A stretch of 46,594 bases of DNA from Gonapodya sp. JEL0774. Lineage: Eukaryota. The stretch spans positions 1 to 46,594 of the forward strand of contig JADIIX010000156.1 in NCBI GenBank assembly GCA_027604505.1, written 5' to 3'. Shown in pieces: positions 34,801-46,594 of the stretch; position 1 is the stretch's first letter; each line of letters opens with the position of its first letter. The notes beneath the pieces were generated by a model, which saw nothing but the letters and a program-made list of their open reading frames with translations, made no database searches and was not told the origin of the DNA. A program made the position numbers and the translations under genes.

Positions 34801-37800
34801 GGCGTTAATCAGATCAGCACAAAAAGATCCGGGCGACACCACTGCTCACAACCCTACCGTAACTCACCGCCACAGAGCTCCCTGAACAGGGCTTTCGCTT
34901 CCGACTCCTTCAGCATCTTGCGAGCCAATATATGCTCGAATAGCTCCCCTCCCGCAGCGTACTCCATAACAAGGCCTACATGCCTTTCGGTTTCGATAAT
35001 ATCGAAAAGCTTGACAATATGAGGGTGGAGAGCCGTCTTAACGTAATTCCCCGCAATAAAAGGTGTTGAGTAGTCACGAAGAGAATCGAGGAATCAACAA
35101 AACAAGTACCTTCAAGAGTGCTATCTCCCTCATGAGTTTCTCCCGTTTAGCGCCCGCGAGGCCCTCTTTCCGAACTAACTTAACAGCGACCTCTTGCCCT
35201 GTCCTTGCGTCAATACCCAGTTTCACCTTTCCGAACTCGCCTTCGCCTATGGATCTGATGATTCTGAAGTGACCGAGATACTTGCCACCCCCTTCAGCTG
35301 CGGAAGAACCTGAAGCCGAGACAGTACTGCGTTTATCCCGGTCTTCGGAACGCTGAGACTTGCTCCGCTCTGATCTTTCACCCCGTTCCGCGCGATCGCG
35401 CTCTCGCTCCTTTTTTTCCGTGGTCGCCGACGTTGCACTCGCTTCTAAACCATCAGGACCGGGTCGGCTTGGTCGCCGAGGGTAACTTTTCAGATGAGAT
35501 TTTGACTCAGAGTCGGGAGGAGCGCGAGAAGGCGCATCCAAGCGCTCTCGAGGCTCTCGGTGCGATTCGCCACGTTCCCGACCCTCGCCACGACTGTGGC
35601 CCCGCTCTCGGCTTTCAATCGGAGGTCGGAACGAACTTTCGCCTCCCGGACCTGACGCGGCCCTCCTTGGCGGCTTCGACAGATCAGGCAATGTTGTAGA
35701 ACGAGGGGGGCCGTCCGGAATCGCCGAGCGCCTCTTTGAACCCACACGGGGTTCATCATTAGTGTCCATCAGCATTAGCTCCCCGGGAATGACAGGCGTC
35801 TTCCGTGCGGATGTCCGCGTTGGCGGGGATGGGGGAGCTCGCTCAACGTCTACTGCAATCTGAGCAGCGGAATCATCAAGCTTAAGCGTTTCGGACGCTG
35901 TTGTGGGCTGACTTAAACCGAGATGCCGAGAATCGGCTGGAAGAGAGTGCGTGGAACTCTCGACCAGCGAGAGCGAGACTGCTTTGTCTCCGTCCGATTT
36001 TTTCCTTGAATGCTTCGCCGAGGAAGAAACTTTACGAGAAACATTCGGTTTAGGCTGCTCCTCGACAGTGGTGTCCACGTCAGAATACTGGAAACCAACA
36101 GCCGACTGGGAGGTAGTCACTTCCACCACTTCCGCACGTTCCACGAATTCCCGTTCCTTTCCTTTCGAATCAGTCTGCATCGTCTTAGGATCAGTTTGCT
36201 TCTCAAGATCCTGTGGTTTCGTCTCGGGGACAGCAGAATAAGTTGCGACAGGAATCTCTGCACTCGTTTGCTGGGGGGTTCGATCCTGCGCTTCCATTTC
36301 TTTCGCGGGGACCGAAGGTTGCCCACCAATGTCCGTGGATTCAGGCTCAATCACAGCAGTCTCAATTTCAACAGGCAAAGAAGTTGAAGTTGCTGGAACA
36401 CCGCCCGTACCTCTATCAGACGCACTACCATCAGCCGCATCAGTAACGGTTTCGTCCAGCTCTGGAGATTGGCTGTCCGTATATTCTACCGGCTTCGGAG
36501 AGACCGGATCCGGTAGCATTGCAAGCGGAGTAGCTCCTGCGGGACTTGGTGATAGGGTGCCTGGGCTGTTTGTAGACGAAGCCGCTGATCCGAATTTATC
36601 CGGCCCGACCAAATGTGAATCCACCGGCTCTCCATCGTTTGCCACCACCGGGAGTTCCTCGACGGGTGATGACGAACATGCTGGCGGATCCTCGAGAGAT
36701 TGTGCGACACTGATATACACCGGTTGCAGTGCTGAGTGGGATTGTGCGCGATCAACTTCCTGGTTATCTCTGAGAATAGAATCCTCAGCGGAAACAACAT
36801 GCTGCTGGGCTACCGAGCTTTTTAAAAGTGCTGCTGGAGCTAAAGCAACTGCTTGCTCGAACAACTCAGAGGAGTTGTCATGAGCGTCTTTAGACATCTC
36901 TAAAGATTCCGCGCCTGAAAAGGAAACAATGGACGTGGAATGAGGAGCACATTGTCTATCAGCCATATTCGAATACACAGACTATGAGTCAGCAACCTAC
37001 TTTGTCTGGATGCTTCCGGAGCAGCCTGATTCATCGGAATCGGAGTGACCATTTCCTTAACTGCAACACCAGACTCGATAGATGGGGGAGATAGCACGGA
37101 CTCAATGGCAGGAGTGGACGGGGGTACATCAATAACGAAGATATGTGAAGTACCCTGAGCGGGTGAAATAGTAGATATCACATCGTTGACAAGGGGGGGC
37201 GAAGCTAACTCAAAAACAGCGGGGGTTGATGGTGGCCCGCCAAGTGCACTGACAGGGTTTTCCCCGCCCACGGGTACAGTCGGAGAATCCATGACTGAGG
37301 GACGTAGTCCAGATTCATAAACCGACATCGGTGCGGGAGACTCGGTTACAGTACTTGGTATCACTGGTTGGTCAAGTGATGCTGGAGAGGCAGACTCCGC
37401 CGCACGAGCAGGTGAGGCTGATGCAAAGTTTGAAGGATCGTCGCCATGAACACCACCTACAAAAACGAGGGCGGCACTCAAGTTAGCAGAACTTCACAAT
37501 GGTCATCGAAACTGCTGGTGTTCACCTCGAGAGCCTTCCACAACAAGCGGAAGACTTGTGAGCAAGGACCCATACGGTTCGTCTTGGAGTTCAAAGGTTA
37601 TCTTATTATTTTGAATGAAGAAATGAAAGATAGGTACACCCACCTGGCGACTTAGAATCAACAAATAGATCCGCCCGTTCCTGTAATTGCTTTTCCACAG
37701 TCGACTCTACCACAAATCGCTTTGTACTTTGAGAACGGGTGACCGACGGGTTGGGAGGGGACGAAAGTCTTCGTCGAGCCTTGGGAGGAAGGGGCGGTGG

Positions 37801-40348
37801 TGGTAAGTGGTCAGAAGCATCTGATGTCGAGTCAGCGGTAGGGAGATTAGTCACAGGACTAGCTGTTGGCGGAAAGATGTGTGAATGGGCTGCCAACAAG
37901 GTGTGATGGACTTGAAAAAGGAGTTCTCGGTATTCCCCGGCGCATACTGCAACTCTCACCTGTTAGAAGAGGTTCAACACCTTGTGTGTCCGTCCTAATC
38001 AATTCGTCTGCTTCACTATTCGCGATTTGCCCTCCTTCACCTTCTGGTTTGCGGAGAGTTGGCGACAATGACTCCGAGTTGGGTGATGCGACTAGTTCAC
38101 AATTTTGAATTGTTAGGACACCGCGCAGGACAGCAAAAATTAGTTGCTCATCTCTCACCATCGAACTCTGCGTGTTGAAGTACAACGGAGGTCTTCGAGG
38201 CTACGACAAAATCATCCGCAGGAGACGGTCGCGACATATGGGAATTCGGGTGACGAACCGAGGACGATCGAATTGGTGACCTGAAAATGCTTTCGCGCTC
38301 TGGTGCAGGCACCATGGCGTACATTGCTGGAACGGTTTTGTCGGGTGAATAGCCCGATTTGAAGGCTGGCGACTCCGAGAGGACAATATCTGCTGAGGAC
38401 GAGGACTTTGAAACCACGGCTGGCCCAGGTACGGTCACGGGTACAGTCGTCGACGCGTCGAAGCTTGTCTTCAAAGGAGATGTGGGAGACACTTCTTGGG
38501 GAGGGGAAACGGGGACTTGCATAGGAGGAATGGAGGCTGGAGCTGATTCATGAGAGTGTTTAGATTTGAAAATTCCATGCAGGTTTGACATCTCAACTCA
38601 CCCGTCAGTTCTACCGGAGCACCAGAGGCTGACTTGTCAACTGCAACGCTGCGCCAAGAGCGGGTCGGAGGGGTCCTTGGGGGAGGCACAGGCACGATCT
38701 CCAGAGCCCGCGCAACATTCAATGGTGCAAGCATATGCGATGCAATGGGGGGCTGCGCTGTTTCGGCTGGGGACTTGCCCCGCGTACTCGATTCGTCGAC
38801 TCTCAACGTCCCGTCAGACATTTTCCCAGATGTGGTACGCGCGCGCTGTCGACCTCTTCCAATTTCGGTGAGCCCTGTCTCATCAGGCGGCTTGGGTGCG
38901 CTTCCGCCCGACAAGAAAGGTCGTGCGATTGCGGATATGGCGAGGTCCAGGTCCCCCAGTGACTTTCGGAAGCCTGTCTGAGGCGATCGTTCCCGGTTTG
39001 AAGAGCCAACCCCAAGCCAAGAAAGTGGTCGGGACCGGGACTTTTCAGGCGCGATGTCAGATGCGCCACCAGAATCTTGAGGTGGTGCACCTGGGACTGT
39101 GAGGGTCGCGGCGGAAGATTTGGGAGACGGTGATAAGGGACCTGTGCTGCCAGAGGACACTCCTGGGAACTTAGGCGACGACGTGGGTGCCATCGTGGTA
39201 GCCTGTGGGGTACGAGGAGAGGAAGTGCCCCCCGAGGCTGATGCCGATGCGGTGGCGGCCGATGTCGGAGATTCGGGAGGGGTTGGAGACGACAGGAATG
39301 GTAGTGAGAACCTGTTACGCAAAGTAACCGGTTCAGGCTCCGATTCGGTTGTATGTCGTCGGTCTCTACTGCGGGGTGGTTGCAATCCCGCGTTGGGGTC
39401 GCCGGAAGATGACAAGTAGAGCGGTGCGGGGAGTTGGGGTGGTTGAGTTCGTCCCCGCCTAGAAGAGTGACGTTCGGACCGTTCTCGATCATTGCGATCG
39501 ACGATGACAGGTTGGTTTTGTTGAGGCGAAATGGTGAAGTCGTCCGATGTGGGGGGAGGTGAAGCTGCAGGAATCGGGGGAAGCGCACGGTCAAAGGGGT
39601 CTGTCTCTATCATAGACTGCTGCTGGTCGGGGCGTGGTAGTAAGTAGGGATTGACAGGCGGGTAAGAGAGCGGCGAGTACAAAGGTGGAGTAGGGATCTG
39701 TGGTGCGCGGTTGGGGACGGGGGGATGGGGAGAACTTAGCACAGTCGACCCTCCAGATGCCATCATACCGCCAAGGCCTTGGGGTTGACGGACGACGCGT
39801 GTGGAATTCTGCCTCCGGGGAATAGTGTCGGCATTGTCAGAGAGTCTCCTGGAGGAAGTCGATTGGGGGAGTCCTCCGGAATGTGAGTTCTGCGGAAGCA
39901 GGTAGCTGGCTCCGGAAGGTGGAGCTCTGGCAGGGGACTCGGCGGGGGATGCCCCGAGGGAGAGAGAGTGAACATGGTTCCGTGCTGGCGAAGCGTCCGG
40001 TGAATTTTCAATAGAGTTCGATCCGCTTGGGGCCGTGTACAACAATAGACCCTCTGATGAATGAAGGTTCAAATGCAGGCGTGGACCGCCACTTCCTGTG
40101 CTGGTGTTCGCCTCTCTTGCTGGGCTGCTGTTCCCCTGCACACCACTTAGACCGCCAACCCCGCTTATAGAGCCCAGAAACCCCGCAACGGTACCACTAA
40201 CGCCTCCTCCACTCGGCTGTCGTGAATGTCCTCCTTCATGGGAGCCGGGAGGCGCATTGTCGACTCCTCCACCCAAAAACGACCCCTCCGAACCGCTGAA
40301 TCCTCCAAAGAGCCACTTGAATCGCTTTTTCCCACTCCTGTCCGTCAT
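31827..40348 (-). CDS. Kin4/Ppk1-like CAMK-family Ser/Thr kinase, roughly 2,500 aa, with a very long disordered N-terminus and a KA1-like C-terminal domain
   Basis: [60 protein letters not shown]1-like [24 protein letters not shown]. Five consecutive phase-1 introns join ORFs 38471, 38148, 37859, 37606, 36900 and 35074 in frame. Confidence 0.9.
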
Positions 40349-40983
40349 TTCCGCGTTAAGAGGGATGAAGATTTCAATAAAGAGCCGCCTGCTTCCAGCT
40401 GACTTCGGCTAGAAAGGCAGGAGGGTGGTGTGGGCGTCCCCGAGAATGGTTCTTGCTTCGATAAGCGGACTCCACCCTTGAATATTGGACACTGAAGCAA
40501 GTCCGAGGAGGACTGCTAGAATAGCGCAGAACGTGACTAGGGCTGGAAGCACCCGTCCGATTTGCCGGATTACGCCCGAATCAGGCTCGAGTATTTTCGC
40601 AAAAGAGGCAAGGGGGACGGAGAGGCCCGTGGCTTTCAGGTGTCCCGCTGCATATAACAACCTTTCATTATTCCATCACCACTCTCCTTTTTAAACAAAT
40701 CAAACTCCCTCTCGTTGAGCGTGACATAGCGAAAGGAAAGTTTTCATCATCTGATAGTCACAGGGCATCGTGCTCAAAATGCCAGAAGTTGATTCGGGTT
40801 CTCATCGTGCTCTATATATGTTCTTACGTGTCATTGTTGTCTAGGTTGATACCTGACTTGCCACTCAGAACATTATTTTATGTGTATGCATGTGGAGAGG
40901 TTGGGGTCGGTAAAATCGTTTGGCCGTCGATTTTCAACCCACAGGTGCTGAACAGAACCATTTGTTGGAAGGACATTTCAATC

Positions 40984-42077
40984 ATGGGGACAATGCGAAG
41001 TGCGTTGAAGTGTTGTCATATCGATGTTGAGCCTGCCGTCTCTTTCTCACTCGCTCCGCGTCGCCCTCCGCTTCTACGAACTGTTCTTGTGTTGGAATTC
41101 CCTGATTACCCTCGGACTTACAGCAATTATTCTGCTTGCTTTCTTTCTGGCATGTGGTATCTTACTCGTTATTCTCTCCTGCGCGCTATACGGGTTCGTT
41201 CAAGCGGCTTTACCAACCGCTTGCATTGCATCGTTCATCACATTACACGCAACATCACACCCCTTTTCCTCTGCAAATATCTCGCCTCTCTTCCTTTCGT
41301 TCTGAATTCAGCAATTGGTGGCCTCTTTTCGTCGTCCTCACTTACGTATTAGCACCGCTTCCTAACATGATTTGCAGTCGCTGTGCGGGCACAGACGATA
41401 TGTTCGGTGATGGAGAGAGCCGGTGAGCTGTTCAGTTTTGAAACATCCTATGATTCCGGGCTTCTCGTGCTGACTGCACAATCTCTCTCAATGGACGTGT
41501 TGGGCGACATTATTTTATTGAATTCCACTTGGGCTTGCGGGAATAATGTTTCTTCAGAGGGCTGCTAGAAACGGGATATTTTATTACTGCGATTTTCGTC
41601 GTTTCGGGCTTGGGTCTTCCACTAGTTCTCGCTCATGCACAAGTGGTGAGTGATTGTTGGTTCTCCTCATTTGATTGACGGAGGGAGCGGAGAAGGATTC
41701 TCTTGTTGGAAACAAAATTAATGACAAGGAAGCATCGGAAGTCTGGGACCATGTGATTATGTAGTGGTATCGTGCGTCTTGTTCACATCGGTTTGAAGTC
41801 ACTCTGTTCAAGGAGGTACGCTATATACATTCAGTCACACCCAAAAACCCATGTGGTGTGATTGTATCCATTATGCTGTGCTTCGTCGTCATTTGAGTAA
41901 CGCCACTGTCTGCGAGCCATATTAGAACTCACCGTGTGCACCACATTTTTATCCCCTCCATGATTCCCGCAGATAACTGTTTCTGCTATGTTTCTCTCTT
42001 TCTTCGGCGGTTTACTGGTTTACGCCACTATTTTGGGGTACACTCGCAATTTTGCCCAGCCCGTAGACGCCTACTAG
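40984..42077 (+). CDS. VPS55: Vacuolar protein sorting 55 (OB-RGRP/VPS55 family), 5 exons
   Basis: Exons 40984-40999, 41124-41193, 41312-41422, 41558-41645 and 41973-42077 give MGTMRTIILLAFFLACGILLVILSCALYGNWWPLFVVLTYVLAPLPNMIC...GLGLPLVLAHAQVITVSAMFLSFFGGLLVYATILGY..*. Confidence 0.95.
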
Positions 42078-43832
42078 GTTTTCCCAGGAAAAGCAGCCTG
42101 GTGGAGGGTATCCATCGTATACGATATGCCATGGCGGGGTTGCGTGAGTGGACTCTGGATGGCACTGTGAATGTGCGTAAAGTAAAGGTGTGAATGGAAG
42201 TCACCTTTTGCGTAGAGGCCAATTCATACATTCTGAAGATGGCCGTAACTTGTGTAAATACCATGTCCGTTGTTCCTTTCATTAATCCAAGTATACGATG
42301 AATGGATGGTGATCACGAAATCCAGTCGTCAGGGGAGCAAGACAGCAAAGGGCAAAGAAACTCATACGGCGGTCCACTTCAATCGTATTGAATGCATATC
42401 TGATAGAATACATGTGCAAACATTTCGGCGAGCCTTCAGCCGTTCCTCCAAGGTGGGAGGAAACGTTTCCATGGTGCGCGACTTGGACGCCGCTCGCCAT
42501 GGCACCCCATAACTACACTTACAAAGCATTAGAGCTCTACTGAGGATTCTCGTCCGTATTACTCTTTCGGCTGTCTACTTTCGGGTGTCTGGAACCCGCG
42601 CTGGATGAACTGGTGGTGTTCACCAGCCGGTCAAACCTTCATCGCTCGTTCAGCCTATCTGCCCAAAGATACACGCGAGCGCCGCCCACCATGGCGCATC
42701 GGGAGAAGCGGGTCCACTCCAGCAGTCTCTCTTACCGTTACTCGCGAGTCGATTGGGACAACCCACACAAATCGAGCTCGGGTTGTAGGCATGAGGGGAC
42801 GAGACTGACGCGGCGGGTACAACAGCGATGAAGCGAGCTCAGGCGCCGGAGTGCAAGGCGATGATGCGCTCCATTTGGCACTGCACCAATAACGATGTGA
42901 CAAAATGAGCACAGATGAACACATGGCGTATGAAGTCGCGACTGAGCCCTAGTCAGACCAAACCCCTCATGGCACTGCTGCGGTCGGAGTCTGGAGCCTG
43001 AGCGCAGCGCGATGATCCAGATCCCGGCTCCCTCCACTCCTTCCTAATACTATCGCACGATAAGGTTGCCGCAGACGAGGGCAGAGAGGAGAAGAGATCT
43101 CCCCGCCATTGTAATCAGAAAGAGACAAAATACAAAGCAAAGCAAAGTGAAGCTATAGAAGTCCGAACTGCAACCCTCAACTGATCACACTCCTACACAA
43201 AGAGGAACAAAGACCAATGAAATCCTCGACAACTCCAAACAAAGAAGAACAACGACAAGTCAAACCCCGCCAAGGGAAGGGCGGGCGGGAATTCGCGACA
43301 CCGCTGCGAGCGCCTCGTGTGAGTCGGCGCGACGACGAGGGCGAGGCTGGAGAAGAAGAAGAGAGAGGGGGGGGCTCGCCGGAGACCGCGGGGTGGTGCA
43401 CCGTCCCCCGGCCACAGCTTTCCGCATGAAGCCTGCCAAAAACCCATGCGGGTCATCGTCCCCAGTAAACCACACTAAGTATTGGGATGACCTGTGTCCA
43501 ACACATTTATATATAAGTGCTCGCTCTTCATTTTTGCTGAATTATGAATGAATATCCCTTACAATTGATCATCAAGTGCAAGTGATTGGGACCTTGCATT
43601 CATTTTATGCACGTTATCGTGATCCAGTAATAATTCATTGAGAAACAGACCATCTGTATGTACAGAATTCGACTACCCAAGACCAAGTGACGCCCACAAC
43701 TATACGCGTCCATAATCCCCACCCATGTCCACCCCCCGCTCACACGCATCACCCACCACGCGGCGTGCTCCGACCTCCACATGTAACCCCGCCCCCGGCC
43801 CATTCCCCCACCCCCACCTTTCCCAACCCCCC

Positions 43833-46538
43833 TCAATTCCTCTCCTTCACCACCACCGTCACCGCACTCGTCGCCGCCGCCGCCGGCTCCGACCTCTTCC
43901 CCGCCGCCCCCTTGAGCATCCCCAAGAACCCCCTGCCGCCCAACCCCAGCCCCAACCCCGCCGAGGGGGGCACCGGATGGGTCTTGCCCGTCTTTCCTGT
44001 CCCGCCGCCCACACCGCCCACTCCCACTCCCCCGTTGGCCGATGCCGTGGGAACCGGCGCCGTGCCTGCTCTGGACATAACCACGGACGACGATCCCATC
44101 TTGATCTGCGGCGGACCAGGCGTGGTCACCTTTTGATCCGCCACGAGCGTCGCCGAGGCCAAGATGCCCCCGTTCTGTCCCGGCACGCCGCCAACCGAGT
44201 CTGGCGCCGTGGTGGCCCTACTACCCCGCGAAAAGGGCACGGGGGAGGCGGATCTCAAAGATCCCGACGAGCCCAGGGACGCTGCTGCCGCCGATCCCAA
44301 CGACCCCAACGACCCCAACGATCCCACGGACAGGGCCATGTTTGCCATCGACAGTTGCGAGCCTTGCCTGCTCAAGGCGCCCTCCTTCTCCTTCCCCTGC
44401 ACCGCCACCACCACCACGTCCCCGTCTCGAAACTCCGTGTCGGGCCCCGCGGGCAGGTCCTTTTTCCCAAACAACCCGGCGCCCCTTCTGACCCGGACTG
44501 CGCCCACGGCCACCTCGCAGGCAAAGTGCTGCTCGGCCCTGGCGACCAGGACGGCGAACACGGACGAGGAGAGGTGGGAGAGTTCGGGCGGGGTGTGCGA
44601 CTGGGCCCAGGGGCTGGACTGGCGGACCAGCTCGGACAGGTCCAGGGTGAGCGTGCGTTTGGAGTCGGAGTCGAGGTGGAGGGTGATGGTGCCCATGGAA
44701 CCTTGGTCATGGACAGGGAGAGAGGAAGACAAAAACAAGACGGGGAGTGGGAGGGATTGCGGGGGCGCGGGCGCGGGCGACCAAACAAAATCAATGGTCA
44801 GTTCACAAAGCACAACCACAACATCACAGCCACCCTCCCTGCCCAACCCCAACCCCAACCCTAACCCCAAGGCCCGATCCCCATTCAAGCCCCCCCCCCG
44901 CCCCGCCCCCACAAACACACACACCCCCTTCCACCTCCCCACACTCACCCACAGGCCTCCACCCCTCCACCGGCACCCCACCCTCGACGGTCCACGCCTC
45001 CCTCAACCCGCTCTTGCCCTTCACCCTCTGAATCTCCCTCAACCTCACGACGCCCCTCTCCTTGTACGGCTTGGTCTTGATCCTCTTTGCGTGCTTTCGC
45101 CACGCCGCCACCGCCGCCGCCGCCACGCCCACGCCCACTTTGCCGGCCAGAACGGCCTCGGTTCTGCCCCGGACCAGCTTGTCGGCCACGCGTTTGCGCT
45201 CGTAGTCGCGGGTGAGGAACCGGCCCATTTTCTTACCCCCCGTGACCCCGTCGATGGTGTCGGCGCCGACCATTTCGTCCACCAGGTCGATGTCGGAGAC
45301 TTCAGAGGTCGGGTCCAGGAGCGGGTCGGGGGCGGGCGGGGGGGAAACAGGGCCGCCACCAAGTGTAAGGCCGCCGACCAGTTTCACCGCCGCAGAACCG
45401 TCCTTGACCGGCCCGCTCCCGCTTACCACCACCCGGTCCCGGTCCCTGTCTCTCTCCCTCCCCCCCGTGTCCACCGCCAGTCTCCCGTTGCGCAACACGT
45501 AGTTGTGCCCCTGCGGATCGGTGTACCCCAAAAGGCGGAGCACCGTGGTCACGTGTTCGTCGGAGGTGGGGTCGTCCTCGCAGTCTTCAAGGGGGGGGGG
45601 GGGGGTGGGAAGGGGGTAGGGATGTATCAACACACAAAAGAATGTGCACACCCCGGACCACGGGGCNNNNNNNNNNGGTCTCGGTGTTTCGTGTTGTTGT
45701 GTTGGGGGGGGTCGGCCGGCTTTTTTTCTGGGGGGGGGGGGGGCGTTGGGTAGGGTGGAGGGATGTATCAACACACAAAAGCATGGGCACACCACGGACC
45801 ACGGGTCAAAAACTCTCATTCCCTCGGGCCGCTCCCTCCCCCCCCATCGGTGTATCACAACACAAAAGCACGGGCACATCACACCACGGGTCAAAAAATC
45901 TCCTTCCCTCGGGCCGCCCCCCCCTAGGGTGGAGGGATGTATCACAACAAGCTCGGACACGTCACACCACGGGTCAAAAATCTCCTTCCCTCGGGCCGCC
46001 GCCCCCCCCCCCCCCCCCACCCCCCCCCGCGNNNNNNNNNNNNNNNNNNNNNNNNNNNNNNNNNNNNNNNNNNNNNNNNNNNCTCACTCCGTCGCCCGCG
46101 CCGCCCCCGGCTGTGTTTGAGGCTTCTATCCCCACAAGCTCGGTCCCGTCCCACCCCGGTACATCTACCTCCGACCCTCGCGCCGCCCCGCCCGCTCCCC
46201 CTCCATCCCGCCAGTGCACTTACCCTCACTCCCACACGCACACCCCCCCCCGGCCCGTCTGACGACCTGGACGACCTCCTGCACTGTACACCTCTTGAGC
46301 AACTCGCGAGCTGCCCGAGTTGCGCGCTCTGCCTCGCGGGCCACACTGGGTGGTTGAGGGATGGTGTGGAGGCGGCGGTGGTACGAGGTGAAGAGAAGGA
46401 CCAGGGCGTGGCGGAGGAGGTGGCGGCGGGAGAGGTGGAGGAAGACGGCTAAGGGGGGTGGGGTGGGTGGGTGGGACCAGTGAGGCGAGGTGAGTTGGGC
46501 ATGGGTGCACCTTCTTGGTCGCGGGGGAGCCGATCCAT
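43833..46538 (-). CDS. Multi-exon hypothetical protein with an N-terminal F-box-like motif; spans assembly gaps
   Basis: Splicing a phase-1 intron (about 46510-46449) gives MDRLPRDQE-AVFLHLSRRHLLRHALV. Further GC-rich exons at about 45585-44980 and about 44710-43833. Start and internal junctions are uncertain because of the N gaps. Confidence 0.6.
45612..46031. repeat. Degenerate intronic minisatellite, about 84-bp unit, at least 4 copies, at assembly gaps
   Basis: TGTATCA(A)CA..CAA recurs near 45623, 45764, 45851 and 45938. CCACGGGTCAAAAA..CTC.TTCCCTCGGGCCGC starts at 45799, 45884 and 45967. Confidence 0.85.
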
Positions 46539-46594
46539 CCGGCAGGGAAGCAATCCTCCACATCTGGGCACTCCTTAACTCCAACAAACCCCCC

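Noticed and set aside
40409..40660. 83-aa - strand ORF upstream of the kinase
   Set aside because: It has a non-ATG start and no recognisable family; likely 5' UTR or promoter.
44841..44870. Telomere-like CCCAAC/CCCTAA run
   Set aside because: There is only one true CCCTAA, inside a C-rich low-complexity, probably intronic stretch.
43725..45753. Long + strand ORFs (379 and 529 aa)
   Set aside because: They are antisense shadows of GC-rich - strand exons with low-complexity translations.

Overview
Eukaryotic, intron-rich genomic DNA with short GT-AG introns and fungal-type gene content. An early-diverging fungus is my inference, not something the sequence proves. Recognisable genes: the 3' end of a GH3 beta-glucosidase, SEC11, a DUF1868-type 2H phosphoesterase, tRNA-Pro(CGG), SYM1/MPV17, an NmrA/isoflavone-reductase-like oxidoreductase, a CtvD/AurD-like membrane protein, a DUF4140/DUF4139 (MuiA-like) protein, DOA1/UFD3, a very large Kin4/Ppk1-like kinase with a KA1-like domain, and VPS55. 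There are also two F-box-like orphan genes, one intronless orphan ORF and some degenerate regions. The three most unusual signals are: (1) a four-copy tandem array of intron+phase-0 exon units at 6869-7540; (2) a 4-TM protein with two tandem domains resembling bacterial chemoreceptor four-helix-bundle sensors and no signalling tail, at 25338-27202; (3) an intronless divergent pair (2H phosphoesterase + orphan) next to a tRNA gene, at 13456-16713. All family calls come from motif recognition by eye and manual splicing; no database searches were run.
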